IMG/VR virus record: IMGVR_UViG_3300017655_000250
Span: 1-31,180 of that record
Source of the DNA: a virus
Taxonomy: Duplodnaviria; Caudoviricetes
Length of the DNA: 31,180 nucleotides
Direction: 5' to 3' (one strand)
The notes under the pieces are model-generated. The model made no database searches and had not been told where the DNA came from. It saw nothing but the letters and a program-made list of their open reading frames with translations. Positions within the stretch are counted from its first letter, which is position 1, and each line of letters starts with the position of its first letter. Shown piece by piece: positions 7,102 through 15,472 of the stretch. The position numbers and the translations under genes were made by a program.

Positions 7102-8463
7102 TTAGCGCATCACTCCGAGACGATCCTTGACAGTTTTATTTAGCTCGGTAAGGAGCTGTTCAATTTTATTGTCAGTTGCATTGGACATCTTCTGATCTTT
7201 TCCTGCTAGAGAAGCGGCTGATTTATTAACCTGATGCACAAGCGGCTTTTGAGCGAACTGGCTATTTACCTGATCACGAAGAGATAGCCCGGCTGGCTGG
7301 AGGGAAACCGGTTTCTTCGCAGCGGCGAACCGGGCATCGCGGTTTTCGTCGCTACTGTTCGCCTCTCCATTCTGCTGGCGACCCCTTTCCCGGCTTTCAA
7401 AAACCCGCACGGCACGTCGACGGTCCCGTTCTTGCGCCTTTTCCGCTTCGACCTCCTGAGGGGTCATGCCAGCTCGCTCAACCTGAGCGTCGTGAAGCTG
7501 ACGGGATTTCTGATTGATTTGAACCGTAAGACGATTCCTTGCCTCAGCGCTAAGAATATCTTTGTGTGTCTCCAGCCGCTTTTGAAGCATGGCGATCTCC
7601 AGACGAGTAGCCGCGATGGACCGTTGGGATGCGCTCCCTTGGAGCTTGCTGATTTCATTTTGAAGACGCAATTCTTCTTCCATGAAATCATGCTTCTGAA
7701 CAATCTGCTGGAGTTCATTTCGATACTGAGCTTTTGCGCTTGATTCCATAGCTTGTTTGACCTCCGGGGCCTTTCCAGCTGCCGCTCCGAGCATCTCATC
7801 ATATTTACGCTTGGCCTCTGCAAACTCTGCCGCCCTTTCCGAAACCGTAAGCGCGATGGTCTGATTTCCAATTTGACTAAGCTGCTTGTTCGCGATCTGC
7901 TCCTCAAGCTTAAGCTGATCCCTTTTTAGATCGCCTTCCTGCTTCGCAAGCCGGACATTGGTATTGTCCATCTTAATTTCACCGTTCCAAGCTCCAACCG
8001 GGTTGGAGATGACGTTGAAAAGCGCCTCAAACCTATCTTTCAGGTCGTTGGCGCTCCGCTGCATGGTGCTCCCCAGATGGGTATTGATCTTCTGAAGCAA
8101 CCCGTCAACGCTCTGTAGCTGGTTTTGAAGGTCGGAAATCGAGGAGAATTTTGCATCCTTGATCTTGAGAACCTTGTCGAGTTCTCGGTCCAACTCTTTC
8201 GCCGCTTTGACGCCCTCCCAAAGCGAGCCGATGGCCATCACTCCAAGCAGCGGCCCTGTAAAGGTAGCAATTCCAGCCCGCATCCACTCCTTCCCAGCGG
8301 ATCGAATCGAAGTCCCGAGCCGGTCAGTGGTGGACTGTTGCCCCTTGGCGGCTCGCATCATTTGCGTATGCGCCTTCAGGACCGACGCAACGCTGCCGTT
8401 GAGGTCTTTTTGGAAATCCTTGGTATCAAGACCAAGTTTAGCGATGATGGCTTCGGAACTCAT
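7102..8463 (-). CDS. Tail tape measure protein (453 aa)
   Basis: Start moved to ATG 8463: MSSEAIIAKLGLDTKDFQKDL is a typical TMP N-terminus; hydrophobic Gly/Ala patch followed by long helices; follows the tube and chaperone genes. Confidence 0.8.
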   Translation of the reverse strand: MSSEAIIAKLGLDTKDFQKDLNGSVASVLKAHTQMMRAAKGQQSTTDRLGTSIRSAGKEWMRAGIATFTGPLLGVMAIGSLWEGVKAAKELDRELDKVLKIKDAKFSSISDLQNQLQSVDGLLQKINTHLGSTMQRSANDLKDRFEALFNVISNPVGAWNGEIKMDNTNVRLAKQEGDLKRDQLKLEEQIANKQLSQIGNQTIALTVSERAAEFAEAKRKYDEMLGAAAGKAPEVKQAMESSAKAQYRNELQQIVQKHDFMEEELRLQNEISKLQGSASQRSIAATRLEIAMLQKRLETHKDILSAEARNRLTVQINQKSRQLHDAQVERAGMTPQEVEAEKAQERDRRRAVRVFESRERGRQQNGEANSSDENRDARFAAAKKPVSLQPAGLSLRDQVNSQFAQKPLVHQVNKSAASLAGKDQKMSNATDNKIEQLLTELNKTVKDRLGVMR

Positions 8464-9098
8464 TTTTTCTTTTGGGCGGCGTGGGCGCGGAGGGCGGCGC
8501 TTTTCGCACGGTCCCGGAATTTTGACATGGCGGGAATGCTGACACCGGCGCGGGCGGCCTCGTGGTCGCGGATGAACCGGGTGTACTGGTAGAGGAGGGG
8601 CATCGGAAGGCGCTCGATCGTATCCCGGGACCATCCGAACGCGATGGCGACGGCGGAAACCAGGGAGGCGAAGAAGTGCATCAACGGCGCTTCGTTGTCG
8701 GCACCTCTGGCCGATGGTGGCGTGTCGAGGAAGATTTCCTCCAGGTAGGTCTGAATGGCTTCGATGGCCTCACCGGTAGGGATATGACGCAAAGACCGCG
8801 TGAAGCGGCGTCTGGCGCGGTTCTCGCTCCATCGGGGTCGGTCAAACACCCAGAAGGCGCGATCCCGGAACGCGCCGAACTCCGGGGAGATGATCCAGAG
8901 GAATTGCGCGATGTCTTCGGCGGTCGGGACGCCCCCGCAAACGAAGGGGTTTCGCGCGAGATCGAGGAACAGCAAATCCCGCAACGTCATGATTCGCACG
9001 GGAACGCCGCAAAGCTCGGTAGTGTAACCCGGCCAGCAAGCGGAGGCCCTGATTCGGGCCTCGCGCTCGATGGCCTCCTGGAGGCCGGGGATGTGCAT
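8460..9098 (-). CDS. Putative tail assembly chaperone
   Basis: Located between tube and TMP; C-terminal AFGWSRDTIERLP resembles gpT/TAC-type motifs. Confidence 0.6.
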   Translation of the reverse strand: MHIPGLQEAIEREARIRASACWPGYTTELCGVPVRIMTLRDLLFLDLARNPFVCGGVPTAEDIAQFLWIISPEFGAFRDRAFWVFDRPRWSENRARRRFTRSLRHIPTGEAIEAIQTYLEEIFLDTPPSARGADNEAPLMHFFASLVSAVAIAFGWSRDTIERLPMPLLYQYTRFIRDHEAARAGVSIPAMSKFRDRAKSAALRAHAAQKKK

Positions 9099-9481
9099 CA
9101 GGTTTCGGGGTTGCCCGGGGGATTGAGAACCTTGCGGATATCGATAGAAACTTTCGTTTCGCCGCCCGCATCCCAGGCGCGCCCCACCTTGCTGATAACC
9201 ACAAGCTGGGTGCCGCCGCCGACGTCGGTCAGGGTGAACGTGGAAAATCGTGCGGGCGGGGCCTGGCTGCTGTCTTGAAGCTGCAACTCAGCGGAGCCGG
9301 TCGGAATGGTTGCGGTGAGCACCTGGCCGCGCGGAACGCCGACATGATTGTTGGAATCGACATTGTTGCTTCCTTCCTCAAAACTGATATTGGACGCAAT
9401 GTAGCTTTGCGCGCCAATGGTCACGATTTGGGAGCCATAAGGAATGTCGCCGTCATTGTAAACACCTTCGGGGTCTGCCAT
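9098..9481 (-). CDS. Putative major tail (tube) protein (127 aa)
   Basis: Start moved to ATG 9481 (MADPEG); beta-strand-rich, G/S/T-rich; gene position; preceded by the GTTGACAC motif. Confidence 0.6.
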   Translation of the reverse strand: MADPEGVYNDGDIPYGSQIVTIGAQSYIASNISFEEGSNNVDSNNHVGVPRGQVLTATIPTGSAELQLQDSSQAPPARFSTFTLTDVGGGTQLVVISKVGRAWDAGGETKVSIDIRKVLNPPGNPET

Positions 9482-9495
9482 ATACCAAGGCCCCC

Positions 9496-9503
9496 GTGTC
9501 AAC
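9496..9503 (-). promoter_or_regulatory. GTTGACAC late-gene upstream motif (copy 2)
   Basis: TTGACA then 15 nt then ATG 9481. Confidence 0.7.
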
Positions 9504-9508
9504 CAGCG

Positions 9509-9991
9509 TCACGGCCAGGCGCTGGGACGGATGCAGACCAGGACGGAAAAAGCGACCTCGGAGATGTCGACTTTATCCTCGCTCTCCACCTTCGGCGTAG
9601 TGCCTTGTTCCGTAATCTTCGGGAGGCCGTGGTAAGGTAGATCGTGCGTCGTGATGCTCCCGGCGCACCCCTGCATGATACGACGGATGGCGGCCCGCCA
9701 CTTCGAGTGGAATGGGTCGAGCTTGGTCTTTTCATCCTTCCGGCGGGTGACGATCTGGAAAACCAGTGTGCCGTTCCATGCGTCGATCCAGACCCGTTTC
9801 TGCCGGTCGATATGTTTGTGGCCGGTCGCCGCTCCGAGCTGTAACTGGACTTCGACCCGGGGGGAGGTCAAAACCTCGCTATCCTGCTGGACGTAGACAG
9901 GCGCGATTCCGTCCCGTTCGAGGATCGACTTGATGGCTTTTTCTACGTCGTCTTCGACGCGGTAGAGGTCGTCAATAGATGGTGCAATCAT
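9509..9991 (-). CDS. Putative tail terminator/completion protein
   Basis: Start moved to ATG 9991 (ATGA overlap); 160 aa; position equivalent to lambda gpU. Confidence 0.55.
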   Translation of the reverse strand: MIAPSIDDLYRVEDDVEKAIKSILERDGIAPVYVQQDSEVLTSPRVEVQLQLGAATGHKHIDRQKRVWIDAWNGTLVFQIVTRRKDEKTKLDPFHSKWRAAIRRIMQGCAGSITTHDLPYHGLPKITEQGTTPKVESEDKVDISEVAFSVLVCIRPSAWP

Positions 9992-10761
9992 TTTGTGAAA
10001 ATTCCGGGGTAGCGTTTGGCGCGGACTTCGAGGTCTTCGAAGACACCGGCGCGAAGCTCGCGGATGAAAGCGGAAACGCGGATGCGCATCGCCCACGCGA
10101 GAATCTTCCGGCCCATCAGGGCGCTTTTGTCTCCCTTGAAGCCTGGGGATGGCCCTTTGACGAGGCGGGAGCTTGAGTTTCTGATCTCGATGACCAGCGA
10201 AGAACCCTCATTGAGCTTTCGCCCCCGACCGACGCGCGACGGCTGCTTACCCATGAAGGACTTCGCTTTCTTGATGTAGCCGGGGGCCTTTGCCCGTTCT
10301 TCGCAGAGGGAGCCGAGTTCCTGAGCGATTTGATACCAGGATTGAGCCGAAAGCCCGCGCGAGCCTTCGGCAACGTTGGGCTCAACATGCCTCGCCTCAA
10401 GGATGGCTCGTAACTGCAAGACCTTCGCCCATTGGGCATCCGGCATTCTCATGCTGGCTTTGTAGATAGCGACCTGCCTTTTCGAAAAGAGGCTTTTCTT
10501 TCCCGGGTCTACCAACCACTCCTTGCTACCCGACCGCTTGTAGCCGGTCAGCTTCGGGCCATCCTTGGGTCTAGCGTTATGGTTTTGAACCGATGCTACC
10601 TTCGCGAGCGATCCCTTTTCGGCTCGATAGGTCTTTTGGATACAAACCCTCAAGAGCTGGCCAACCTGATCCAAAAGGACATCTTCATAGTCGCGACCAG
10701 AGAGCTTTGAAAGGGACTCGACCATTCGGGAGAACCCTTTCATCTCAAGGTCGATCTTCAT
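9988..10761 (-). CDS. Putative neck/tail completion protein (basic)
   Basis: Start moved to ATG 10761 (ATGA overlap, GGAG upstream); K/R-rich 257 aa; position equivalent to lambda gpZ. Confidence 0.55.
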   Translation of the reverse strand: MKIDLEMKGFSRMVESLSKLSGRDYEDVLLDQVGQLLRVCIQKTYRAEKGSLAKVASVQNHNARPKDGPKLTGYKRSGSKEWLVDPGKKSLFSKRQVAIYKASMRMPDAQWAKVLQLRAILEARHVEPNVAEGSRGLSAQSWYQIAQELGSLCEERAKAPGYIKKAKSFMGKQPSRVGRGRKLNEGSSLVIEIRNSSSRLVKGPSPGFKGDKSALMGRKILAWAMRIRVSAFIRELRAGVFEDLEVRAKRYPGIFTK

Positions 10762-11081
10762 CGAATCTCCTTCAGGCCAAGGGTGACGAACGGGGCGCAC
10801 CGGGAGATGGCTTTAATCTCCAGCTTCATGCCGCCGATTTCGACCTCGCTTTCAATGGCCGCACCGAGGGTGTCGAACTCGTCATCGAGCACAACGGCCA
10901 CGCGGTCGAACTCCGGCTGGATGCCGGCGTTTTTCATTTCCTCGGCGGCATTGAGCGATCCGCCGACGACGGTAGCGACCTTCCCCTTGTGCCGGATGAC
11001 CTCGGCGTCGTCGGTGGAAGAGAAAGTTTGAGCGGCCTCATGAAAACCGGCGCGCATGAAATTGTGAAAGTCAGTGCTCAT
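10758..11081 (-). CDS. Putative head closure/head-tail joining protein
   Basis: 107 aa, beta-rich; position equivalent to lambda gpFII. Confidence 0.55.
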   Translation of the reverse strand: MSTDFHNFMRAGFHEAAQTFSSTDDAEVIRHKGKVATVVGGSLNAAEEMKNAGIQPEFDRVAVVLDDEFDTLGAAIESEVEIGGMKLEIKAISRCAPFVTLGLKEIR

Positions 11082-11085
11082 ACAG

Positions 11086-11131
11086 AAAAAGGGCCGGAAT
11101 GGGTAAACTCAGGGAAACCCCATTCCGGCCC
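11086..11131 (-). terminator. Rho-independent terminator after the capsid genes
   Basis: Perfect 13-bp stem GGGCCGGAATGGG/CCCATTCCGGCCC (11091-11103, 11119-11131) followed on the minus strand by TTTTT. Confidence 0.8.
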
Positions 11132-11157
11132 GGCCCTATGCCTATGCAGAAAGGCGA

Positions 11158-11373
11158 TCAGTCGACGCGATCGAAGTCGCGCTTGAACTCCGCCGCCGTC
11201 CCCTCCCAGGTGTGCCCTTCGGTAGTCGCGCGGTGCGTTTTCCCGTAGGGGTTCTGGGGATTGATCTCCAGGGAGTAGAGCGCGCCGTCGCGGCTGTAGA
11301 CGTAGAAGACGTCTCTGGGCGCTTCCTTGGGAGGGGTGGCGGGTTGTGTGGGTGAAGTCTTTTTGTCGCTCAT
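11158..11373 (-). CDS. Small hypothetical protein downstream of major capsid
   Basis: 71-aa ORF starting 2 nt after the MCP stop. Confidence 0.6.
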   Translation of the reverse strand: MSDKKTSPTQPATPPKEAPRDVFYVYSRDGALYSLEINPQNPYGKTHRATTEGHTWEGTAAEFKRDFDRVD

Positions 11374-11375
11374 GA

Positions 11376-12359
11376 TCAGGCGTATTGAGTGGCGATCAAC
11401 GTTCCGGCGTTGGCGTTGAAGACGCTCGGATTACCCGAAACCTTCCCGCGAACAACCTGTTGGTCCTTCGGCTTGTCTTCGTAGGTCTCGCCGACAAAGA
11501 GGCCGTACGGCTCCCAGAAGGCGGTTGCGCCGACGCCGTCAAGGATCGGGATTCCGGCGTCCCCGGCGACGTTCTTGTATCCGGCGCGACCGACCCAGAT
11601 GTAGTCATTCGACCAGATGCGGGTGAGGGTTTTCTTACCCTTGGCGGCGCTGTTGTACATGGCGCGCCCGACCTTGACCTTGACCTGGTAGCCCTGCTTG
11701 TTGATCGCGCTTTCCAGAGCGGTAGCGGTGACCTCCGAACCGGCGGCAAGCTGACCGGCCACCCACTCCTTGACGAGCTTGCCCTGGGAGCAACGCTCCA
11801 GAACCAGCGCAGGAATGATGACCATATCAGGCTCCTCCCCGGCATTGCGCACCCGGTTAAGGGCAGCGAGGATGTCGGCGACCAGCGAAATCGTATCGAG
11901 GTTTCCAGTGGTATAGGCAACCGACGAGTTCGTCGCGGAGCCGAAGTTGCCGGTCGAGAAGATCGTCTGCGCAGTGTAATACTCCAGCGTGAGCGAAAGC
12001 TTATGCTGGCCAAGCTGGCGGGCGTAGAAGGTCTCCAGGCTGAAGAGATGGGCGTAATCCATCTCTGCCTCCAGCGGGATGCCGATTTCCTGACCACGGA
12101 TCGCCGGGTTCAGGGTGAAATCGCCGATGGTGGCCGTCATGCGGGGGTAGTCGGCACCATCCGCCCTGAGGCCGTCGATGATCCGCATCAGTTCCGCGCC
12201 CGCAATGGTGAGCTTCGGAAGATGCGCGGTGCGCTGGTTGAGACCGAGAGGAGGAAGGACATCCTGCCAGATCAGTTGAGTATTGAGGCTGGCCCCTTCA
12301 ACGATCGCAGCGGAAATCTCTTCCCTGGGCGCGGCGGAAATATTGGAACGAAATGCCAT
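11376..12359 (-). CDS. Major capsid protein (HK97 fold, lambda gpE-like)
   Basis: 327 aa; follows protease/scaffold and cement; motifs such as LVADILAALNRV..GEEPDMVII and IWSNDYIWVG; strongly biased codons. Confidence 0.85.
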   Translation of the reverse strand: MAFRSNISAAPREEISAAIVEGASLNTQLIWQDVLPPLGLNQRTAHLPKLTIAGAELMRIIDGLRADGADYPRMTATIGDFTLNPAIRGQEIGIPLEAEMDYAHLFSLETFYARQLGQHKLSLTLEYYTAQTIFSTGNFGSATNSSVAYTTGNLDTISLVADILAALNRVRNAGEEPDMVIIPALVLERCSQGKLVKEWVAGQLAAGSEVTATALESAINKQGYQVKVKVGRAMYNSAAKGKKTLTRIWSNDYIWVGRAGYKNVAGDAGIPILDGVGATAFWEPYGLFVGETYEDKPKDQQVVRGKVSGNPSVFNANAGTLIATQYA

Positions 12360-12373
12360 AGTGTAAACCTTCG

Positions 12374-12769
12374 TTAACCGTTATCGATGGTGACGGCGGT
12401 GTTTGCAGCCGAAGTGTAGGTGACAACTTCTCCGTTGGCGGCGGCTTCCTCGGAGATTCCGACCAGCGGCTCGGTCGTCGATTGAGTGGTGGAGACCTTG
12501 CCGTCAGCGGCGGCATACAGTTTCAGGCCAGCGGTGGCAACAGCGCCGGAAGCGATTCCGAACTGTTGGCCTGGGGCATTGACGAAACGAGCCGTGCCGG
12601 TGCCGTTTGCGACGATGGGCTCATCGGTAATGGCGTCGCCAAAGTCAGTCGCGCTGCAGACCGTGTGCTTTCCGTCCGTGCCGAGCTTAACGCGAAGGTA
12701 GGCATCAACGGCAGATGAGCCGACGGTGATCGTGCGGAAACCGCCTTCGATCCTGGTGGAGGTGCCCAT
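12374..12769 (-). CDS. Capsid cement/decoration protein (DUF2190-like)
   Basis: 131 aa G/A/T-rich; LYAAADGKVSTT..LVGISEEAAANGEVV; directly upstream of MCP. Confidence 0.7.
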   Translation of the reverse strand: MGTSTRIEGGFRTITVGSSAVDAYLRVKLGTDGKHTVCSATDFGDAITDEPIVANGTGTARFVNAPGQQFGIASGAVATAGLKLYAAADGKVSTTQSTTEPLVGISEEAAANGEVVTYTSAANTAVTIDNG

Positions 12770-12771
12770 GG

Positions 12772-13167
12772 TTAGTTGCCCCCCCTTTCCAGGCCGATCC
12801 GATACTCATTGTAGAGTTCCGGGTATTTCGTGACGGCGGCGGCGTGCGGGTTGCGGACACCGGCCTTGACCAGCTCCTCGACCTTGGCTTCGAACTTGGT
12901 CAGCTTGCCGCGCTGGATGTCCGGCGCGCCTGCTTCCTTGTTTTTCGAGATTCCGAGGGTGGAAGCAAACTTCGTGACGGCGGCGGCGGCGACGTTGGCG
13001 GCGAGCTTTGCGAGCTTTTCCTCCTCCTTCTTTTCGTCGCCTTCGAGGTTTTCCTCAGGCTTATTTTCGGGATCGGCCTCTTCGAGCTTTTTCAGGCGCT
13101 CGTCGATGGGGGCGATGGCATCCGCAACGGCGGTGCCGACAATTTCAGCGATTTTTTCTTCGTCCAT
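12772..13167 (-). CDS. Nested in-frame scaffolding protein (internal start MDEEKIAEIV, 131 aa)
   Basis: In-frame ATG right after the protease domain, preceded by the same GTTGACAC motif as stand-alone late genes; analogous to lambda C/Nu3 and Mu I/Z. Confidence 0.6.
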   Translation of the reverse strand: MDEEKIAEIVGTAVADAIAPIDERLKKLEEADPENKPEENLEGDEKKEEEKLAKLAANVAAAAVTKFASTLGISKNKEAGAPDIQRGKLTKFEAKVEELVKAGVRNPHAAAVTKYPELYNEYRIGLERGGN

Positions 13168-13671
13168 TTCTTTAGGTGGGGTGTCAACCGACAAGAGGCC
13201 GTTGGCATTTGCCGCCGGGGTGGGAACCAGTGCGATTGCGTCGATTTGCTCGCACCGGTAAAGTTTGCGTTTGGTGTTCGAAACAGGCTCATGCTTCCCG
13301 TAGGTCTCAACGGAAAGGCCGAAGTTTTTCGGCATCTTGGAAGCGACTTCGAGGATGTGCGCCCGCTGCGGATGGCTATCCAGGAGATGGGCGTCGCCCT
13401 TGAGCTGATCACCTTCGATGCGGAAATCCTTCACCACACCGACGATTTCCGAAAACCCGGATTCGTGGTTGATGACCAGCTTGACGCCTTCATCGCCTTT
13501 CGCGAGGCAAGCGGCGAGGCACTGTTTCAATCCCTTCTCGTCGATGTCCATCCCGTGCCCGAGGGCGGGGCCGATCGTCATGACGGAAACGCCTTTGATG
13601 ATACCGGCATCGGCATCCACGGAATCGCCGCCCGGCAAGGCTTGGAATTGGGTAAGCTGCGGTCGCTTCAT
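12772..13671 (-). CDS. Prohead maturation protease fused to scaffold (HK97/Mu gpI-type fold)
   Basis: INH (His), FGLS (Ser) and IALVPTPA motifs; acidic helical C-terminal half; between portal and capsid genes. Confidence 0.75.
   Translation of the reverse strand: MKRPQLTQFQALPGGDSVDADAGIIKGVSVMTIGPALGHGMDIDEKGLKQCLAACLAKGDEGVKLVINHESGFSEIVGVVKDFRIEGDQLKGDAHLLDSHPQRAHILEVASKMPKNFGLSVETYGKHEPVSNTKRKLYRCEQIDAIALVPTPAANANGLLSVDTPPKEMDEEKIAEIVGTAVADAIAPIDERLKKLEEADPENKPEENLEGDEKKEEEKLAKLAANVAAAAVTKFASTLGISKNKEAGAPDIQRGKLTKFEAKVEELVKAGVRNPHAAAVTKYPELYNEYRIGLERGGN
13181..13188 (-). promoter_or_regulatory. GTTGACAC late-gene upstream motif (copy 3, intragenic)
   Basis: TTGACA then 14 nt then in-frame ATG 13167. 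Confidence 0.65.
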
Positions 13672-15200
13672 TTACTGAAGGGGTCCGTGTCAACCGCTGG
13701 CTGGCCGTTGTTCGCCGGGTTGTCGCTCATGGAGGCGATCTCCTCCGGGGAGATGGTGGCGGGGATTCCCTGCTCCTCAAGGGCCTTCTGCGCTTCCCAG
13801 GCGAGGCGATGCTTGTCGATGATTTCCTGCTTGCGAATCTCCCATTGACGTTTCCGGTTCTGTCCGTAGATAGCGTACTGTTCAGTGTAGGTAGAGAGGC
13901 CGGCGCGGGCCTCTTTGATGCCGATGTCGCTTTCGCGTTGAATGTCGGCGGTCGGCGGCGGGGGGAACATCCAGAGGCCGCGCCGGAAGTTCGCATGCCG
14001 GGAGATGTCGCCGCGCTCGATGGCGTCGCCGAGAACGATGTCACGGATCAGGTTGAGCTTTGGGAGGAGGATGTCACGCTGGATGCGCTCAAACTCACGG
14101 TTTGCCACGTGCGCGATGATACGGGCCGCGACGCCGCCCGGTTCGGATGGGTCGACCAGGAAGCCGTAAGGAAGATTCAGGTTGGCGCACGACTCGACGT
14201 CGAGCATTTTCAGGAAGCCCTGAAAGGAAGAGCTTGGCCGGTTCGGGTTGATGACCTCGAACTTCTCGCCGACGCCCATAAACTCAGTGGCACCGGCTTC
14301 AGCGTGCCGGATCAACGACGCGGACGCGCCGCCTTCATCCTGGACCCGCTTGTCATAGTCAAAGCCCTCCGGTCGCCCGCGCTCGGTGTAGGTGACGACA
14401 TCGTAGGTGGAGAGCTTCTTGACCGCGTTCTTCTCGAAGTCGAGGACCTCGAACTTGTCCCGAATGTTTTCAATCGCGGCGTCATAGGCGGTAATCCCGC
14501 GCTTGCTCGACCGCATGGGATCGTAGAAAAACAGCGTGTTCTCAACCGGGATGAACTCCGGGTTGATATACTGCATGTCGCCCATGCGCTCGTAGACGCG
14601 ATACCCGGCGCGAGTGCCGTCCGGGTTGAGGTAGACGCCGGAAACATAGTCGGAACGCTGGGAAAAGCTGTAAAGCTCGCCAACTTGGTCGGCTTCGATC
14701 AGCTGCAGGCGAAGGGCGTCTTCGTCCCGGTACCAAACCAGCATGGAATCGCAGTCGCGCGTCATGCCGATCAAAGAAATCTGAATCAGCCGATTGAAGT
14801 GATGGTCGAGGCCGACATGAGCGAGGGTATACCACCAGTCGAGATATTCCCGAATTTCGGAATCCATGCCGTCGTCGCCGGTGTCGGGTTCATAGGTCAG
14901 GGTTCCCGCTCCATAGAGTTGGACCTTCCGGAGATGCCCCTTGACGAACCCGACGTTATCCGCAAGGTCGCGGGCCTCAAACATCAGCGTCACCCGGTCG
15001 CGTTGCGTCTTCGGGCCGTCCGGGTGGTTGCTTGTACGAGGGGCGGATTCTCTGGCGCGGGTGATTCGGGCGGCGCGGTAAGCCAGCATGTCGCGAGCGC
15101 TGGCACGCTTGAGGGCGAGGCCCGGGGCGAAGGCTTCGAAAGCGCTATCGACCGTGCGAGCCAGCCACGAACGATTGATGACAGGAGCCTGGCGTTTCAT
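13668..15200 (-). CDS. Portal protein, lambda family (510 aa)
   Basis: Start moved to ATG 15200 (ATGA overlap); ARDLADN, LQLIEADQV, GVYLNPDG, RGIT and NRPSSSFQGF are lambda-portal-like motifs. Confidence 0.9.
   Translation of the reverse strand: MKRQAPVINRSWLARTVDSAFEAFAPGLALKRASARDMLAYRAARITRARESAPRTSNHPDGPKTQRDRVTLMFEARDLADNVGFVKGHLRKVQLYGAGTLTYEPDTGDDGMDSEIREYLDWWYTLAHVGLDHHFNRLIQISLIGMTRDCDSMLVWYRDEDALRLQLIEADQVGELYSFSQRSDYVSGVYLNPDGTRAGYRVYERMGDMQYINPEFIPVENTLFFYDPMRSSKRGITAYDAAIENIRDKFEVLDFEKNAVKKLSTYDVVTYTERGRPEGFDYDKRVQDEGGASASLIRHAEAGATEFMGVGEKFEVINPNRPSSSFQGFLKMLDVESCANLNLPYGFLVDPSEPGGVAARIIAHVANREFERIQRDILLPKLNLIRDIVLGDAIERGDISRHANFRRGLWMFPPPPTADIQRESDIGIKEARAGLSTYTEQYAIYGQNRKRQWEIRKQEIIDKHRLAWEAQKALEEQGIPATISPEEIASMSDNPANNGQPAVDTDPFSK
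13687..13694 (-). promoter_or_regulatory. GTTGACAC late-gene upstream motif (copy 4, in portal 3' end)
   Basis: TTGACA then 16 nt then ATG 13671. Confidence 0.7.
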
Positions 15201-15448
15201 CGGAGGGCGCGATTGAAATTGGTCAGCACGCGGCGGGGGCGGGGGCGATTGGAAAGAAGCTCCGAAGCGTAGTTGCACTCCAGGAGGATCTGATCGAGCG
15301 GAAGCGCCAACTGCTTTGAAAACGACTGACCCGCCACGCTCCCCGACATGGTGGTTTTGCCCTCCATGATGAGAAGGACCGCCTTTTCGCGGATCGCGTT
15401 GATTTGATCGCCGGTCAGGCCGACGAAGATTCCCTTTGGTTGCGCCAT
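15197..15448 (-). CDS. gpW-like head completion protein (83 aa)
   Basis: Start moved to ATG 15448; small helix-hairpin-helix pattern (SGSVAGQSFSK); between TerL and portal as for lambda W. Confidence 0.65.
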   Translation of the reverse strand: MAQPKGIFVGLTGDQINAIREKAVLLIMEGKTTMSGSVAGQSFSKQLALPLDQILLECNYASELLSNRPRPRRVLTNFNRALR

Positions 15449-15462
15449 CAAGAGAAGGCGCG

Positions 15463-15470
15463 GTGTCAAC
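15463..15470 (-). promoter_or_regulatory. GTTGACAC late-gene upstream motif (copy 5)
   Basis: TTGACA then 15 nt then ATG 15448. Confidence 0.7.
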
Positions 15471-15472
15471 CG

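Noticed and set aside
8460-8475. Possible -1 frameshift at CAA AAG AAA AAA TGA fusing chaperone to tape measure
   Set aside because: Not a proper X XXY YYZ heptamer in frame; explained by an ordinary ATGA overlap.
12360-12380. GGTTTACAC/GGTTAAC upstream of the major capsid as a sixth late motif
   Set aside because: Mismatched core and wrong spacing to the ATG; at best a degenerate copy.
13809-15272. Long plus-strand ORFs (487 aa here; also 11385-12377, 12844-13848, 16043-16948, 27510-28985, 29706-30704, 1313-2098)
   Set aside because: Antisense shadows of GC-rich minus-strand genes that have clear motifs; the translations show no recognisable domains.
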